A stretch of DNA of 63,397 nucleotides, the filler included, from Barthelona sp. PAP020 (Eukaryota), in assembly GCA_040182905.1 (NCBI GenBank). It is 47 parts of 47 records of this genome, joined end to end, with 100 filler letters (N's around TTAATTAATTAA, not from the genome) between each part and the next. Parts side by side here need not be neighbours in the genome. Positions count along the whole stretch, not along the records: positions 1 to 1,408 come from JARQWU010000967.1; positions 1,509 to 2,914 come from JARQWU010000968.1; positions 3,015 to 4,414 come from JARQWU010000969.1; positions 4,515 to 5,913 come from JARQWU010000970.1; positions 6,014 to 7,405 come from JARQWU010000971.1; positions 7,506 to 8,864 come from JARQWU010000972.1; positions 8,965 to 10,307 come from JARQWU010000973.1; positions 10,408 to 11,746 come from JARQWU010000974.1; 39 more parts are not named here. One strand, given 5' to 3'. The notes beneath the pieces were generated by a model. The model saw nothing but the letters and a program-made list of their open reading frames with translations, was not told the DNA's origin and ran no database searches. The translations under genes were made by a program, and so were the position numbers. Below, one piece after another: positions 1 through 11,856 of the stretch. Each line of letters starts with the position of its first letter. Within the stretch, counting starts at the first letter, position 1.

Positions 1-211
1 ACTTCAAAAGTTCACTGTTTGATTATCAATAACAAAATTGGAGGGTTTATAAAACGTGGGTTACACTTTGATCCAAACACTTCAAATTTAAAATATGAAT
101 AGAAAGCTGGGATATGAAGTTGGGTGTTTTCAAGTATCATTGTTGTGTGATAATTTATCGATAGGACTGTGTTTTGAGAAGTCAATTTTGTTTAAAGGAA
201 AAAGCATTGGA

Positions 212-1408
212 TCAATTGTAGAAGGGTTGGAGAATTTGTACAATTTTGGAATGACCTTGGCTTCTGGCAATATCCATTGGTGTCCATTTTTGTTGAAATT
301 TGAGATTAACATTGACCCCATGATCTAATAGAAGTTTGACTATGTCAAGGTGACCTTTTCCACAACTGATGCACAATGCAGAAGCACCATCATTCTTACA
401 CAAATTAATATCAGCTCCATGATCTAAGAGCATTCTGGCAACATCAAGATGATCTTCTTGACAACTGATGTACAATGGAGAAGCAGCATCATTCTTACAC
501 AAATTAACATCAGCCCCATGATCCAAGAGCATTTTGGCAACATCAAGATGACCATTTTGACAACTGACATATAATGGAGAACTACCATCATTCATACACA
601 AATTGACATTAGCTCTATGAACTAAGAGCATTCTGGCAACATCAAGATGACCTTCTTGACAACTGATGTACAATGGAGAAGCAGCACCATTCTTACACAA
701 ATTAACATCAGCCCCATAATCCAAGAGCATTTCGGCAACATCAAGATGACCTTGTTGACAACTGATGAACAATGGAGAAGTACCGTTATTATTGCACAAA
801 TTAATATTAGCCCCATGATCTAAGAGAATTTTTGCAACATCAAGATGACCATCTTGACAACTGATGTACAATGGAGAAAAACCATCATTCCTACATAAAT
901 TAACATCAGCCCCATGATCCAAGAGCATTTTAGCAACATCAAGATGACCCTTTTCACAACTGATGTACAATGAAGAAGCGCCATTCTTATTACACAAATT
1001 AATATCAGCTCCATGATCCCAGAGCATTTTGGCAAAATCAAGATGACCATTATAACAACTGATGTCCAATGGAGACCAACCACCATTCCTGCACAAATTA
1101 ATATCAGCTCCATGATCCAAGAGCATTTTGGCAACATCAAGATGACCATTATAACAACTAATGTATAATGGAGAACTACCATCATTAGGACACAAATTAA
1201 TATCAGCTCCATGATCCAAGAGCATTTTGGCAACATCAAGATGGCCATTTTCACAACTGATGTACAATGGAGAAGCACCTTTATTATTGCACAAATTGAC
1301 ATCAGCTCCATGATCCAAGAGCATTCTGGCAACATCAAGATGACCTTTTTGACAACTAACATACAATGGAGAAGCACCAACATTCATACTCAAATGAACG
1401 TCAGCGCC
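212..1408 (-). CDS. Ankyrin-repeat protein, C-cap type A (ends KFQQKWTPMDIARSQGHSKIVQILQPFYN), 5' partial
   Basis: Tandem 33-aa repeats GxSPLYISCxxGHLDVAKMLLDHGADVNLC. Confidence 0.93.
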   Translation of the reverse strand, partial: GADVHLSMNVGASPLYVSCQKGHLDVARMLLDHGADVNLCNNKGASPLYISCENGHLDVAKMLLDHGADINLCPNDGSSPLYISCYNGHLDVAKMLLDHGADINLCRNGGWSPLDISCYNGHLDFAKMLWDHGADINLCNKNGASSLYISCEKGHLDVAKMLLDHGADVNLCRNDGFSPLYISCQDGHLDVAKILLDHGANINLCNNNGTSPLFISCQQGHLDVAEMLLDYGADVNLCKNGAASPLYISCQEGHLDVARMLLVHRANVNLCMNDGSSPLYVSCQNGHLDVAKMLLDHGADVNLCKNDAASPLYISCQEDHLDVARMLLDHGADINLCKNDGASALCISCGKGHLDIVKLLLDHGVNVNLKFQQKWTPMDIARSQGHSKIVQILQPFYN

Positions 1409-1508
1409 NNNNNNNNNNNNNNNNNNNNNNNNNNNNNNNNNNNNNNNNNNNNTTAATTAATTAANNNNNNNNNNNNNNNNNNNNNNNNNNNNNNNNNNNN
1501 NNNNNNNN
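1409..1508. other. Artificial contig spacer N44-TTAATTAATTAA-N44 (first of 46; the window is 47 concatenated contigs)
   Basis: The same 100-nt spacer, with stops in all six frames, recurs every 1.2-1.5 kb, and contig lengths fall steadily. Confidence 0.98.
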
Positions 1509-1907
1509 ATTTTTCTTCTTGTACGAACCTTTTCCAGAACTTTCCCAAATTAGAGACTGGGGAAACTTAGTTGACTAATAAATAATAAACCTTAATCTTT
1601 ATTCTTTTTGGGGGGTACAGCGTTCCTGAAAGGAACCTCTCTTTTTTGAGACCTACTCTTTCATAGGTTTTCGTAGGAGAGCTACGCCCTATGCGGGATG
1701 TGAAATACTGCATTACTAATTGCTCAAAAGAGCTTAACGCTCCGATATTTTAAAAATTTATCCTAATTGTGCAAGTTTTCATGCATTCACCGTGGCAAGT
1801 CAAAAATTTGGGGGTAGGTTAAGGAAAAATTCGGTACCTCGAGGGAAAAAGGAAGAATCCGAAAATTTCGATTCGTCAAAAATAATAGGCTTGTGAACAA
1901 CCCTCAT
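1509..1907 (+). repeat. Repeat family 1 (~400 bp, hairpin-rich), full copy
   Basis: Near-identical copies at 10408-10503, 14895-15290 (opposite strand), 16318-16717 (opposite strand) and 46973-47210, with different flanks. Confidence 0.9.
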
Positions 1908-2557
1908 TTATTCTTTCCAATATAAATGAACAAAAGAATCAATTTTGAATTAAGAAAGAAAGAAAGGAAATAAGTGAATAAGGAAGAATGGTGTTTATCA
2001 TTTATAAAGTCCTCGAACCCTACATTTAAAAAATTCATTATTTTGCTAAAGGAAACGTCAAGACTTTGAAATTTTGCTTTGATAAGGAGTGTTAACAAAA
2101 AGATGTGTTGAAAATAGAATTAGCAAATTGTAGGTAAGCAAGAAGCATGAAGTTATTGATTGGTCATAGTGCATGTCAGATTTGATATCTCTACACCAGA
2201 TGGTTGGATTTGACAAAGGAAATTAGCCTTTGAATCAGCTCTTTTAAGACCAACTGAATTTATAGAGGGAACATCTGAGTTGTCAATCTGTTGTTTAAGT
2301 GGCAATATGTTACCAAAAACAAAAGAGAAAAATGTTTCGACTATGAATTTATCAAATTGTTCAGTTGTTTTGGTTTAATTTGGTTATTGGATGGTTGCTG
2401 TTGTTATTTGTGGAGTGACTCGCAAGGTTGAAGAACCATATGAAAATAAATTAAATGATGAAATGAAAATGTGTTTTAAATTTACAAGTTGCGAAATATT
2501 AGAAGCGAGGTGAAACATGTAATTATGGGATGTAAGCGCAAAATGCAATGTGGAGTT

Positions 2558-2914
2558 TTACAGGTTTGAAGCAACGAATTCTTGGATTGGGTCATTATTT
2601 GGATGAATGTTACCACTGCACAACAAACGAGTTCCATCATGGTTGAGGGCCATAGCACGAATATTAAAACCCACACGCACTTCTTGCAACACTTGACCTG
2701 TTTCTCTTCGAATCACAGCAAATGATTTGTCAGAAGAACCAGAATAGATCAATGAACCATCTTGGGAGAAGATGATTGAGTTTACCCAACTATTACCATG
2801 AATCTTGAACTTTCCCACCAAATCTTTAGATTCAACATCAAAAATCCTGATTGTACCATTGATATCACCTGTCACCCAATAAGCACCATCAGGTGAGAAG
2901 TTGCCCGAGCTGAC
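2558..2914 (-). CDS. WD40-repeat protein, 3' part (paralog of 23681-24424)
   Basis: FSPDGAYWVTGD..GTIRIFDV and VNSIIFSQDG WD40 blades; near-identical C-terminus and 3' flank to the paralog. Confidence 0.85.
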   Translation of the reverse strand, partial: VSSGNFSPDGAYWVTGDINGTIRIFDVESKDLVGKFKIHGNSWVNSIIFSQDGSLIYSGSSDKSFAVIRRETGQVLQEVRVGFNIRAMALNHDGTRLLCSGNIHPNNDPIQEFVASNL

Positions 2915-3014
2915 NNNNNNNNNNNNNNNNNNNNNNNNNNNNNNNNNNNNNNNNNNNNTTAATTAATTAANNNNNNNNNNNNNNNNNNNNNNNNNNNNNN
3001 NNNNNNNNNNNNNN

Positions 3015-4414
3015 CGTTTTCTAATTTGATGAAATTGACACCAAATAAACACCCTGAAGAACTCAGTGACTTATTTGATTTCATGGTTGAGCACAAAAAT
3101 TTGTTGTCTCAAACTGAAATGTCAGAACTCAGCGACTTTTTAGAAGCCTATCCGACTTTCACTGGGCTTCTGTTTGAAAAAATTGTTCCACACTTGTCTG
3201 GAATATCCCGATTAATCTTCCTTGAACTTTTGCCTAAATGTGTGATTTTTGAATATTCTGCCATCGTTAAACCGTTTTCTCAAAAGATTGAAATGATTTG
3301 TGAACAGAACGTTTTAATTGGCAACCTCTCAACGCAACTTGAACGAGTTACAACACAACTTGAACGAGTTACGTCCGTTGTTGCTTCGCTCGTTCAAAGC
3401 CAATCAAAAAACGTGGACACTCAAAGTCTGCAAATCAATGAGCCGAACCAACAACTATCCCAAAACAACATTGTTGAAGAACTTAAGACCCAACTTAAGG
3501 CTACCGTATCCTGGGCTGATCAACTGGTTAAAATAACTATCGAAGAATCAGTTGAACCTTTAAAAAGCATCTCCTCAACTCAACTGAGTCATATGTCTGC
3601 TAAGGCCATTAACTCACACAAAAGGCTCTTTGAATTAGATTCTGGCAGGCTTATTGATCTTTCAATCAATAATGAAATTTTGGAGGTGACCCAAGAAATT
3701 GAACAGAATATTGACCTTATTCGCAAAATATTCATTCCCCGAATAAATCATGTTCTTGAGCTGAATCCTCTCAAAAGTGTTGGGTTACCTGATAATTTTA
3801 TGGCTTTCAAAGAGAAAATTCACACATACATCAATTTGAGCCTTGAACAGTCACCCATTGCTCAGTTGTACAGACAGGATGTTGATGCCTTGGAAGAAAG
3901 TATTTTGTCAAAAGTTGAGCCATACTACGACAGCTATATGATGCTTTATTCCAAAAATACGTATCCATACACTCATGTTGTTAAAGAATTGAAGGAGGCC
4001 TTGTTAAAAATTAATGATTTTTATGAAGCTGTAATTGAGGCACAAAGACTCCAACCACTCATTCAGGAGCAACAACAAAATATGATGAATGCGTATAGTG
4101 ACTTTCAAAGAGCAATAAATGTCAGCAAGAAGAAAAGCAGGAACAAAAAACTATCAAACGCGTATTCAAATGCACAAGAACAACTTGAAGACATGTATGA
4201 ACACGTTGTGGCTCTGAAAGGTACGATTCCAGATCATCTATGTCAAGCACTGATGAATTGCATTCAAGACCCGGAACTGATTGCTGATGTGTGCAAAAGC
4301 ATAAATATGGCTGAGATTCCATCCAGTTTGATTGAAGTAATATCTTCAGATTTGTATTATCCTGATGTTATTTCAAAGTTACAACAGCAAGAAAGCATTT
4401 TTTGTCTCAAAAAG
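3015..4414 (+). CDS. Hypothetical coiled-coil protein, partial
   Basis: Open frame across the contig; helical composition; duplicated TQLERVT heptad; no recognised motif. Confidence 0.6.
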
Positions 4415-4514
4415 NNNNNNNNNNNNNNNNNNNNNNNNNNNNNNNNNNNNNNNNNNNNTTAATTAATTAANNNNNNNNNNNNNNNNNNNNNNNNNNNNNN
4501 NNNNNNNNNNNNNN

Positions 4515-5913
4515 ACTAGACTAGCTACACTATCCTCAGAAACATGTATTGAAGGTGTCAATTTTTTGACTGGTAATGGACCATCAACACCACAAATGAT
4601 AGAATTTAACAATTCCCCTTCTTTCAATCGATCAGGATGCATTCTTGATTTTCTATTTTTTCCATAATTTTCCGGAACTTTTACACCCATCCTTGGTGAC
4701 ATTCCTGGTAAAGGAGCTGTTGAGTTATAATTTTGATTAATCCAAGGAAATTTAGGTAATTCAACTGGTTTAGGATCCATTTCAATAAAAACATCTGGTT
4801 TAATTGTTTCTTTACTTGATGTTGAACTAAATGGCAATGAATCAATGAATCTATCAATAGATATTGAACCATCATTGTTTAAAGCACCTTTTGTGATAGA
4901 TTTTATAACAGCAAATTGTGATCTACTCGCAAGAAGCACTTTATCTTCATTTGATTGAGGTTGAACCCCCAATTGAGACATTAATACAGCTACATCAGCA
5001 CTATTAATAACACCATCATGATCTCTATCTGCTTTATTCAAAAGATATTTTAAATGTGTTGAATTATTGTTTGTTGCTTTAACAAACAACTCTTTTAACC
5101 GTCCAATTTCTCCATTTTGTAATTTGGGATTAAATTGTTTCATAGGTAATGGTTCAACAACCAAAGGGTTTAAATTACTGAAATGAGCATCTTTAACAAT
5201 GCCATCCAATTCTTTGTCATTTCTTTCTTCAACAGATACACAAACAGCATATTGATTATGCTTGTTAATATCAAATTCGGTTGTGTCAACATCATTTCTT
5301 ACTTCTCCATTCAAATTCAATTGACCAAAAAAATTATCATCCCTGGCAACTTGATCAACTCTTCTGGTATCTGCTTTAGGTACTTCAAAGTCTCCAGTAG
5401 GATTAGCAGCTGTATTATTAACAGATGAATTTAAAAGTTGTTTCTTCAAAGGATGTAATGCTAATTCTTTCTCAGAATTTGCTGAAGGGATATTAATTTT
5501 TCCTTGAATTTCTTCAGGCGCATCAAAAATTCTTGCAAAATTGTTCAAATCAATTTTTGAATTATCCAAATTATCAACTCCAAACAATCGTGCAAACATT
5601 TTTTTGTCTGCATTTTCCACATTGAAGCCTATTTTTTCAAGGGCAGGTAGAATATCTTTACCTTCAATGCAACCATCATTATTCACCATTCCTGTTCTCA
5701 AAAATAGTTGACTAAATTTGTATGATTTTTGTTGAGCTCTTCTTTCAAAATCTGCAGATAATTTTTTCAATTTACGATCTTCAATAGATAAATCAGTATA
5801 TTCATCTCCTATGGTTCTGTAATGAGAAGGAGATTTTAAAGGATCAAGTTTTGATCCAGTATCAGATGCAAATTGTGCTATTGCATCAAAAACGATTGTA
5901 TCAGTCTTATTAG
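4515..5913 (-). CDS. EF-hand-containing protein, internal fragment
   Basis: EF-hand-like loops DRDHDGVINSAD, VNNDGCIEGKD and NNDGSISIDRF. Confidence 0.7.
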
Positions 5914-6446
5914 NNNNNNNNNNNNNNNNNNNNNNNNNNNNNNNNNNNNNNNNNNNNTTAATTAATTAANNNNNNNNNNNNNNNNNNNNNNNNNNNNNNN
6001 NNNNNNNNNNNNNGTTCCAACAATTGCTGATGAAGCCAGAGCTTTGAAGAGAGTATTCCTAATGATTCGTGATCAATAATATTCAAAAGAGAAAAATTCA
6101 AAAATTTTTTTATTTGTAGAATTGTAAAACAGTTAACTTTTTTTGTTTATTTTAATTTTTTTTCTATATTTGCATATCTGAGTTTTAAACTATAAAGAGA
6201 TATTAATTTTTCTTTTACATGCATAAAAATTTGTTTATTTCAAAAGAAAAAAAAATGCTCATTGAAAATTGAAAAAAAAAAAAACTGTTTACAAAATTTC
6301 AATTTAAAAAAATTCAAAACTCCACAGGAAAAGCTCATAATGACAAAAAATTTTGGTGAAGTGATTGGTTGAGAAGAAAAAAGGTGTGATTTTTTGGCGG
6401 TTCAACCAAAAAGAAAAGAAAACCATTTGTTCTTTTTTTTATTAAA

Positions 6447-7005
6447 ATGTCCAATCCTAATCCTACTTGTTTTTTTGACATTACCATTGGTGGAAAATTT
6501 GTTGGTCGTATTACCTTTGAAATTTTTATGGATGTTGTTCCCAGAACTGGTGAAAATTTCCTCAGTTTATGTCGTGGTGACAGAACTGTTCACGGTGTTA
6601 AATGCCATTATAAGGGTTCTTCTTTCCATCGTGTTATTTCCCGTTTTATGATTCAAGGTGGTGATTTTACCAATCATAACGGAACTGGTGGTTTATCTAT
6701 CTATGGTGATCGTTTCCCTGATGAAAACTTCACTGTTAAACACGACCGTCCTGGTTTACTTTCCATGGCTAATGCTGTAATTATTTGATTTTATTTTTTT
6801 TCTAACTTTTTAGGGTAAGAACACTAACGGATCTCAATTTTTCATCACTACTGTTCCTACTCCCCATCTTAATGGCAGACATGTTGTTTTTGGACGTGTT
6901 GTTGGTGGAATGGAAGTTGTTAAGAAAATTGAAGCAACCCCTGTAAATGCACAGGACAAGCCTCATGCTCCTGTTATTATTTCAGAATGTGGTGTCCTTG
7001 AATAA
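6447..7005 (+). CDS. Cyclophilin-type peptidyl-prolyl isomerase; exons 6447-6776 and 6814-7005
   Basis: [15 protein letters not shown] and [18 protein letters not shown] are joined by removing a 37-nt GT-AG intron. Confidence 0.96.
6777..6813 (+). other. Spliceosomal intron, 37 nt
   Basis: GTAATT...TCTAACTTTTTAG; removal restores the conserved cyclophilin frame. Confidence 0.93.
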
Positions 7006-8758
7006 TTTTTTCATTGTGTTTTTAACAATAAATAAATATTCTTTGTTTTATTTGAAGAAGTTTTGATTAGTTGGAATTTTTAACTTTTAAATAATTGGAT
7101 TTGTTACCAAGATTAAAAGCATGAAAGAAGAAGAAAAAATCAATGCCACAACAGGTTTTTGTTTAATGAATTTGAAGAAATTAACTTTAAAGAAATAACT
7201 GAACCAAATTCATGAAAAAGAAAAAAATATAGATCAAAATTTTATTTTTATGTGCGTTTGCGTCTTGTAACTTTAGCAACGTAACCTCTCTTAATATCAT
7301 CAACTGAGTTTTTACTCTTACATTTGTTACATTGAACAACCCATAATTTTCCTTCCTTTTGTAAATCTGTATCGGTAAGGCCGCAAGTTTTGCATTGAAC
7401 AAATTNNNNNNNNNNNNNNNNNNNNNNNNNNNNNNNNNNNNNNNNNNNNTTAATTAATTAANNNNNNNNNNNNNNNNNNNNNNNNNNNNNNNNNNNNNNN
7501 NNNNNAATATTATCAATCATATATGGAAATGTCATCCAATCCAGGAATTCCTCTAAATCACCAGAAGCTAATGATCTGAGTGTCTCAAACTTTGTCATCA
7601 AATACCGTTGACATAACTGCTTTATTTCTTGGGAAGTCAAATCAGATGTTGTGTCCTGCAGTATTTCACAATAATCAGTGGCTAACAACTGTAAACGAAA
7701 ATCTTTTGGTTAGTGTTCAATAAATTGGAAAAGTAAATACCCTCCAAATTCTCACACTGAGATAGCATGTTATAATCGCTAGGTTTAAATAATTTCGATA
7801 TATATCCTCGACATAATGATTCTACATGTCCATGATCAATTGAAAATGATAAAAGTGACATTTTAAACAAAAAAAAAACTCTTGTTGCTTTTAAGATTTC
7901 AATGAATGTTTCTTTGTTTACATATTCATATACATATCTTTGAAAATTTGCAAAAAATGATAAACAGAATGAATAACAAACAACAAGCTCCCTCAACAAT
8001 GAGAGAGAATTTCGTTTGATTAAAACTTGTTAGAACAACACCAATAAAAAAATAAACAAAAGAAGAACAGTTGAAAAACCAGGATGTATGTGAGAAACTT
8101 ATTTGTTTGGTTAATAATTTTGCGACCCAAATGATCTGTTGAAAGTTTAAGTATTTCTTGAGGAAATAAAGAAAGACAATTGGAATAGAAAATTTTCGCA
8201 AATGTTTCCCCTTTCAATAAACAAGAATAGACATGAATCATCCAAAATTGGGTTGATTTAATGTAATTTGATTGATCAGTTGTGCAAATTGGAAAAACTG
8301 CCCTACTCCCAATTCTTTGAAGAAAACTTTGGATTTGACAATCAATAGATAACTTTCGAATGAATAAGAAAGAATGGTGTTTGTTTGATTAATGGCTTTT
8401 GAGGTCAGAATGATCTGTTGAAAAACTTTATGTTTTTTTTAGCGAAGTTTAAACTTTTAAATTTTGCTTTTGCTAAATCCAAAAGACATATAAATGAAAT
8501 GGTTCCAAACTTTTCACACTAATAAGCAAGATTCAATTGCAGCTACTCATTTTTAGCACCTATGATTTAGAAACTAGAAACTAGCATTTTTTTTTCTTCC
8601 TTTTTCTTTGTAAATGAATGCCGTTGTGAAAAAACTGGACCAATTGTTTATTTTTAGCACCAAAAGCATTCTGTATGTTTATGTGTGTTTGAGAGTGTTT
8701 TTTGGTCTTTGGTGTTTTATGCAGAAAAATCAAATTTGAAATGAAGAAAGAAGTAAAT

Positions 8759-8864
8759 TGGTCCCGTTGTGAAACAACTATATTTATTTACAAAGAAAGT
8801 AAACTCAGAAAACTCATTCTAGCAAATTTCAGTCAAAATCCCAGGAGGGGAATTGAGGGACTGA
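8759..8864 (-). mobile_element. Repeat family 2 hairpin end, cut by the contig edge
   Basis: TGGTCCCGTTGTGAAACAACTATATTTATTTAC matches 41292 and 51767. Confidence 0.8.
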
Positions 8865-9070
8865 NNNNNNNNNNNNNNNNNNNNNNNNNNNNNNNNNNNN
8901 NNNNNNNNTTAATTAATTAANNNNNNNNNNNNNNNNNNNNNNNNNNNNNNNNNNNNNNNNNNNNAAAAATTAAAAAAAAAAAAAAAAGACATAAAATCAA
9001 TATAATCAAAGAAAATGAAACAAAATACAAATAAATCTCAATCAATGTTCATTATAAGACATTATTTATC

Positions 9071-9883
9071 TTATATGCAAATATTTTCTTGATAAAGATG
9101 TTTTTGTAAAGAACAATTTTCTTTTTTCAACCAAATATTCCCCAATTCCATGCAATTTTTGTCATTAGGGGCAAAAAACATGTGGTACACACAGTAGATC
9201 ATTAAAATCAATAATAAAGCTTTCAAACTTCTAATTTCCAAATTGTTTGTGGGGTCATAAAAGCTGCTATGAAATAAATATATCAAAAAAGTTGCTGTTA
9301 TACACACCAAAAAATGTATTAAAGAATCTATCTTATAGTTGACTTTGTATAATATGCTAGACGTAATTAATGCTCCAGGAATAATGGAGAGATATACAAA
9401 TATTGCTGGAAATGATTCAATGCAATGCGAAAAAATAGAAAGAATAGTAACAAAAAATACTGTGAATGAAAATGCTTCGAATACATTAAAACGTTGATAT
9501 TTTGCCTTAAAAAGGCATGAAATAGTACTAGTTATTATCAACAAAACATATGGTCCAATAAAAATCCAAAAATTATTCATAGGATGATCTGTCAAAAATA
9601 AACCAATTACAATGTCCAAAGTGGTTTTAGGAACATAAATAATAACAGAACCAACAAGACAATCAACATCAATGATATCTAAATTGCTAATTGATACCTT
9701 AAAATATGCCTTTGCAGCAACAATTGTGGAAATAAATGTAAAAATATCCAACACATACATTGGAGATAATATGAAAAACCATGAAAACCTCTGACCAAAG
9801 GAAAAATAATGCAAAAAAGTCAAAAAAAAAGTCAGAAAATAACAAAACGCTGAAATAAATCTTGAATTGTTGCAAATACCCAT
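9071..9883 (-). CDS. Multi-pass membrane protein (weak resemblance to the TMEM185/TMEM60 family)
   Basis: 270-aa ORF with about 8 hydrophobic segments; FSWFFILSPMYVLD motif. Confidence 0.6.
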   Translation of the reverse strand: MGICNNSRFISAFCYFLTFFLTFLHYFSFGQRFSWFFILSPMYVLDIFTFISTIVAAKAYFKVSISNLDIIDVDCLVGSVIIYVPKTTLDIVIGLFLTDHPMNNFWIFIGPYVLLIITSTISCLFKAKYQRFNVFEAFSFTVFFVTILSIFSHCIESFPAIFVYLSIIPGALITSSILYKVNYKIDSLIHFLVCITATFLIYLFHSSFYDPTNNLEIRSLKALLLILMIYCVYHMFFAPNDKNCMELGNIWLKKENCSLQKHLYQENICI

Positions 9884-10407
9884 AAATTCAAAACAATCGT
9901 AGTAATTTTGGAATCGACAAGAGAAAATTAATCAAAGAACATTTTTTGGATTTTAAGGGATTTTTTTTTGGCAATTTTGTATTATTTCCATTTATTAATA
10001 AATATGACATAAATTAAACAAAAATAACCAATAAAAATGGAATTTTAATGAGAATCAAAAAGAGAGAATAATTCAAAAAAAGAAAATTTGTTCCACCATT
10101 TTGCTCATTCTTTCCCAAACCAAATTTTGAATTAAAAAAAAGAAAATATGCTCAAAAATTTAAAATTTTAAAGACCTTTTATAAAATATATTTAATCACA
10201 ACCATAATACACACTTATTATCATTAATTATTGTCAGTAGCAGCCAAAGCACCGCTTATGTCAACGGGCAATGGAACAAAGACCTTGATATTCTTTGATT
10301 TTTGAACNNNNNNNNNNNNNNNNNNNNNNNNNNNNNNNNNNNNNNNNNNNNTTAATTAATTAANNNNNNNNNNNNNNNNNNNNNNNNNNNNNNNNNNNNN
10401 NNNNNNN

Positions 10408-10503
10408 GGGTAGGTTAAGGAAAAGTTCCGTACCTCGAGGGAAAAAGGAAGAATCGGAAAATTTCGATTCGCCAAAAATAATAGGCTTGTGAACAACCCT
10501 CAT
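10408..10503 (+). repeat. Repeat family 1, partial copy
   Basis: Matches 1812-1907, including the GGCTTGTGAACAACCCTCAT terminus. Confidence 0.88.
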
Positions 10504-10974
10504 TTTTTTAATTGATGTTATGATTCAAAAATATCTGTTGAACTTTCAAGGTTATAAAGCAAATAGAAATCATTCCAGATTCACTGATTACAAGTTACAG
10601 CCTAAGGTTGGAAGCAAAAAGAATTTTGAAGATATTTAACTGTGGGTATCTCACAACTACCAAATAAAAACAAATCAATTGTAGATTAGATTCAACCGCA
10701 GTAAGCACAGAAGAAACAATAGAGATTTCACTTGGGTTGATGTACCAAAGAGAAACTAAGCTCACCTCAAAAGTTCACTGTTTGATTATCAATAACAAAA
10801 TTGGAGGATTTATAAAATGTGGGTTACACTTTGATCCAAACACTTCAAATTTAAAATATTAATGGAAAGCTGTGATGTAAAGTTCCGTCTTTTCAAGTAT
10901 CATTGTCATGTGATAATTTATCAATAGGATGGTGTTTTGTGAAGTCAATTTGGTTAAAAGAAAAAAGCATTGGA

Positions 10975-11746
10975 TCAATTGTAGAAGGGTTGGAGAAGTT
11001 GCACAATTTTGGAATGACCTTTGGTTCTGGCAACGTCCATTGGTGTCCATTTTTGTTGAAATTTGAGATTTACATCGGCTCTATGATCTAATAGAAGTTT
11101 GACTGTGTCAAGATGACCCTTTTGACAACAAATATACAATGGAGAAGTACCATCATTCCTACATAAATTAACATCAGCTGCATGATCCAAGAGCATTTTG
11201 GCAACATCAAGATGATAATTTTGACAACTGATGTGCAATGGAGAAGTACCATCCTTCCAGCACAAATTAACATCTGCTCCATGATCCAAGAGCATTTTGG
11301 CAATATCAAGGCGACCTGTTTCACAACTGATGCAAAATGGAGAAAAACCAAAATTGTCACACAAATTAACATCAGCACCATGATCCAAGAGCATTCTGGC
11401 AACATCAAGATGACCTTTTTGACAACTGATGTTCAATGGAGAACATCCCTCATTCCCACATTTATTAACATCAGCCCCATGATCTATGAGCATTCTGGCA
11501 ACATCAAGATAACCTTTATGAGAACTGATGTACAATGGAGAAAATCCACTATCCACAGACAAATTAACATCAGCGCCAAAATCCAACAAAAACTGAACAA
11601 CTTCAATATTCCCATTAAAAGCAGCTCCCCAAAGCGCTGTCCTTCCTGTCTTGCCCTGTTTGTTCACATCAACACCAGCTTTGATACACTGCTTGATAAG
11701 CTTAAGGCTACCATTCATCGCTGCAAAATATATCACCTTTGGTTCA
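10975..11746 (-). CDS. Ankyrin-repeat protein, C-cap type A, 5' partial
   Basis: Family N-cap IKQCIKAGVDVNKQGK, repeats and C-cap QKWTPMDVARTKGH; 3' flank matches 1-211. Confidence 0.93.
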
Positions 11747-11856
11747 NNNNNNNNNNNNNNNNNNNNNNNNNNNNNNNNNNNNNNNNNNNNTTAATTAATT
11801 AANNNNNNNNNNNNNNNNNNNNNNNNNNNNNNNNNNNNNNNNNNNNAAAGAATGGG

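Noticed and set aside
212..1408. Ankyrin variability as a diversity-generating retroelement or CRISPR-like array
   Set aside because: No template/variable repeat pair with adenine-specific differences was evident, the repeats are coding, and the RT present is non-LTR type.
1453..1464. Regularly spaced TTAATTAATTAA palindrome resembling an array
   Set aside because: It is always centred in N runs, so it is an artificial six-frame-stop contig linker. Adjacency across linkers carries no biological meaning.
7506..8500. Overlapping short minus-strand ORFs
   Set aside because: They are fragmented and overlap decayed family 2-like sequence; no product can be supported.
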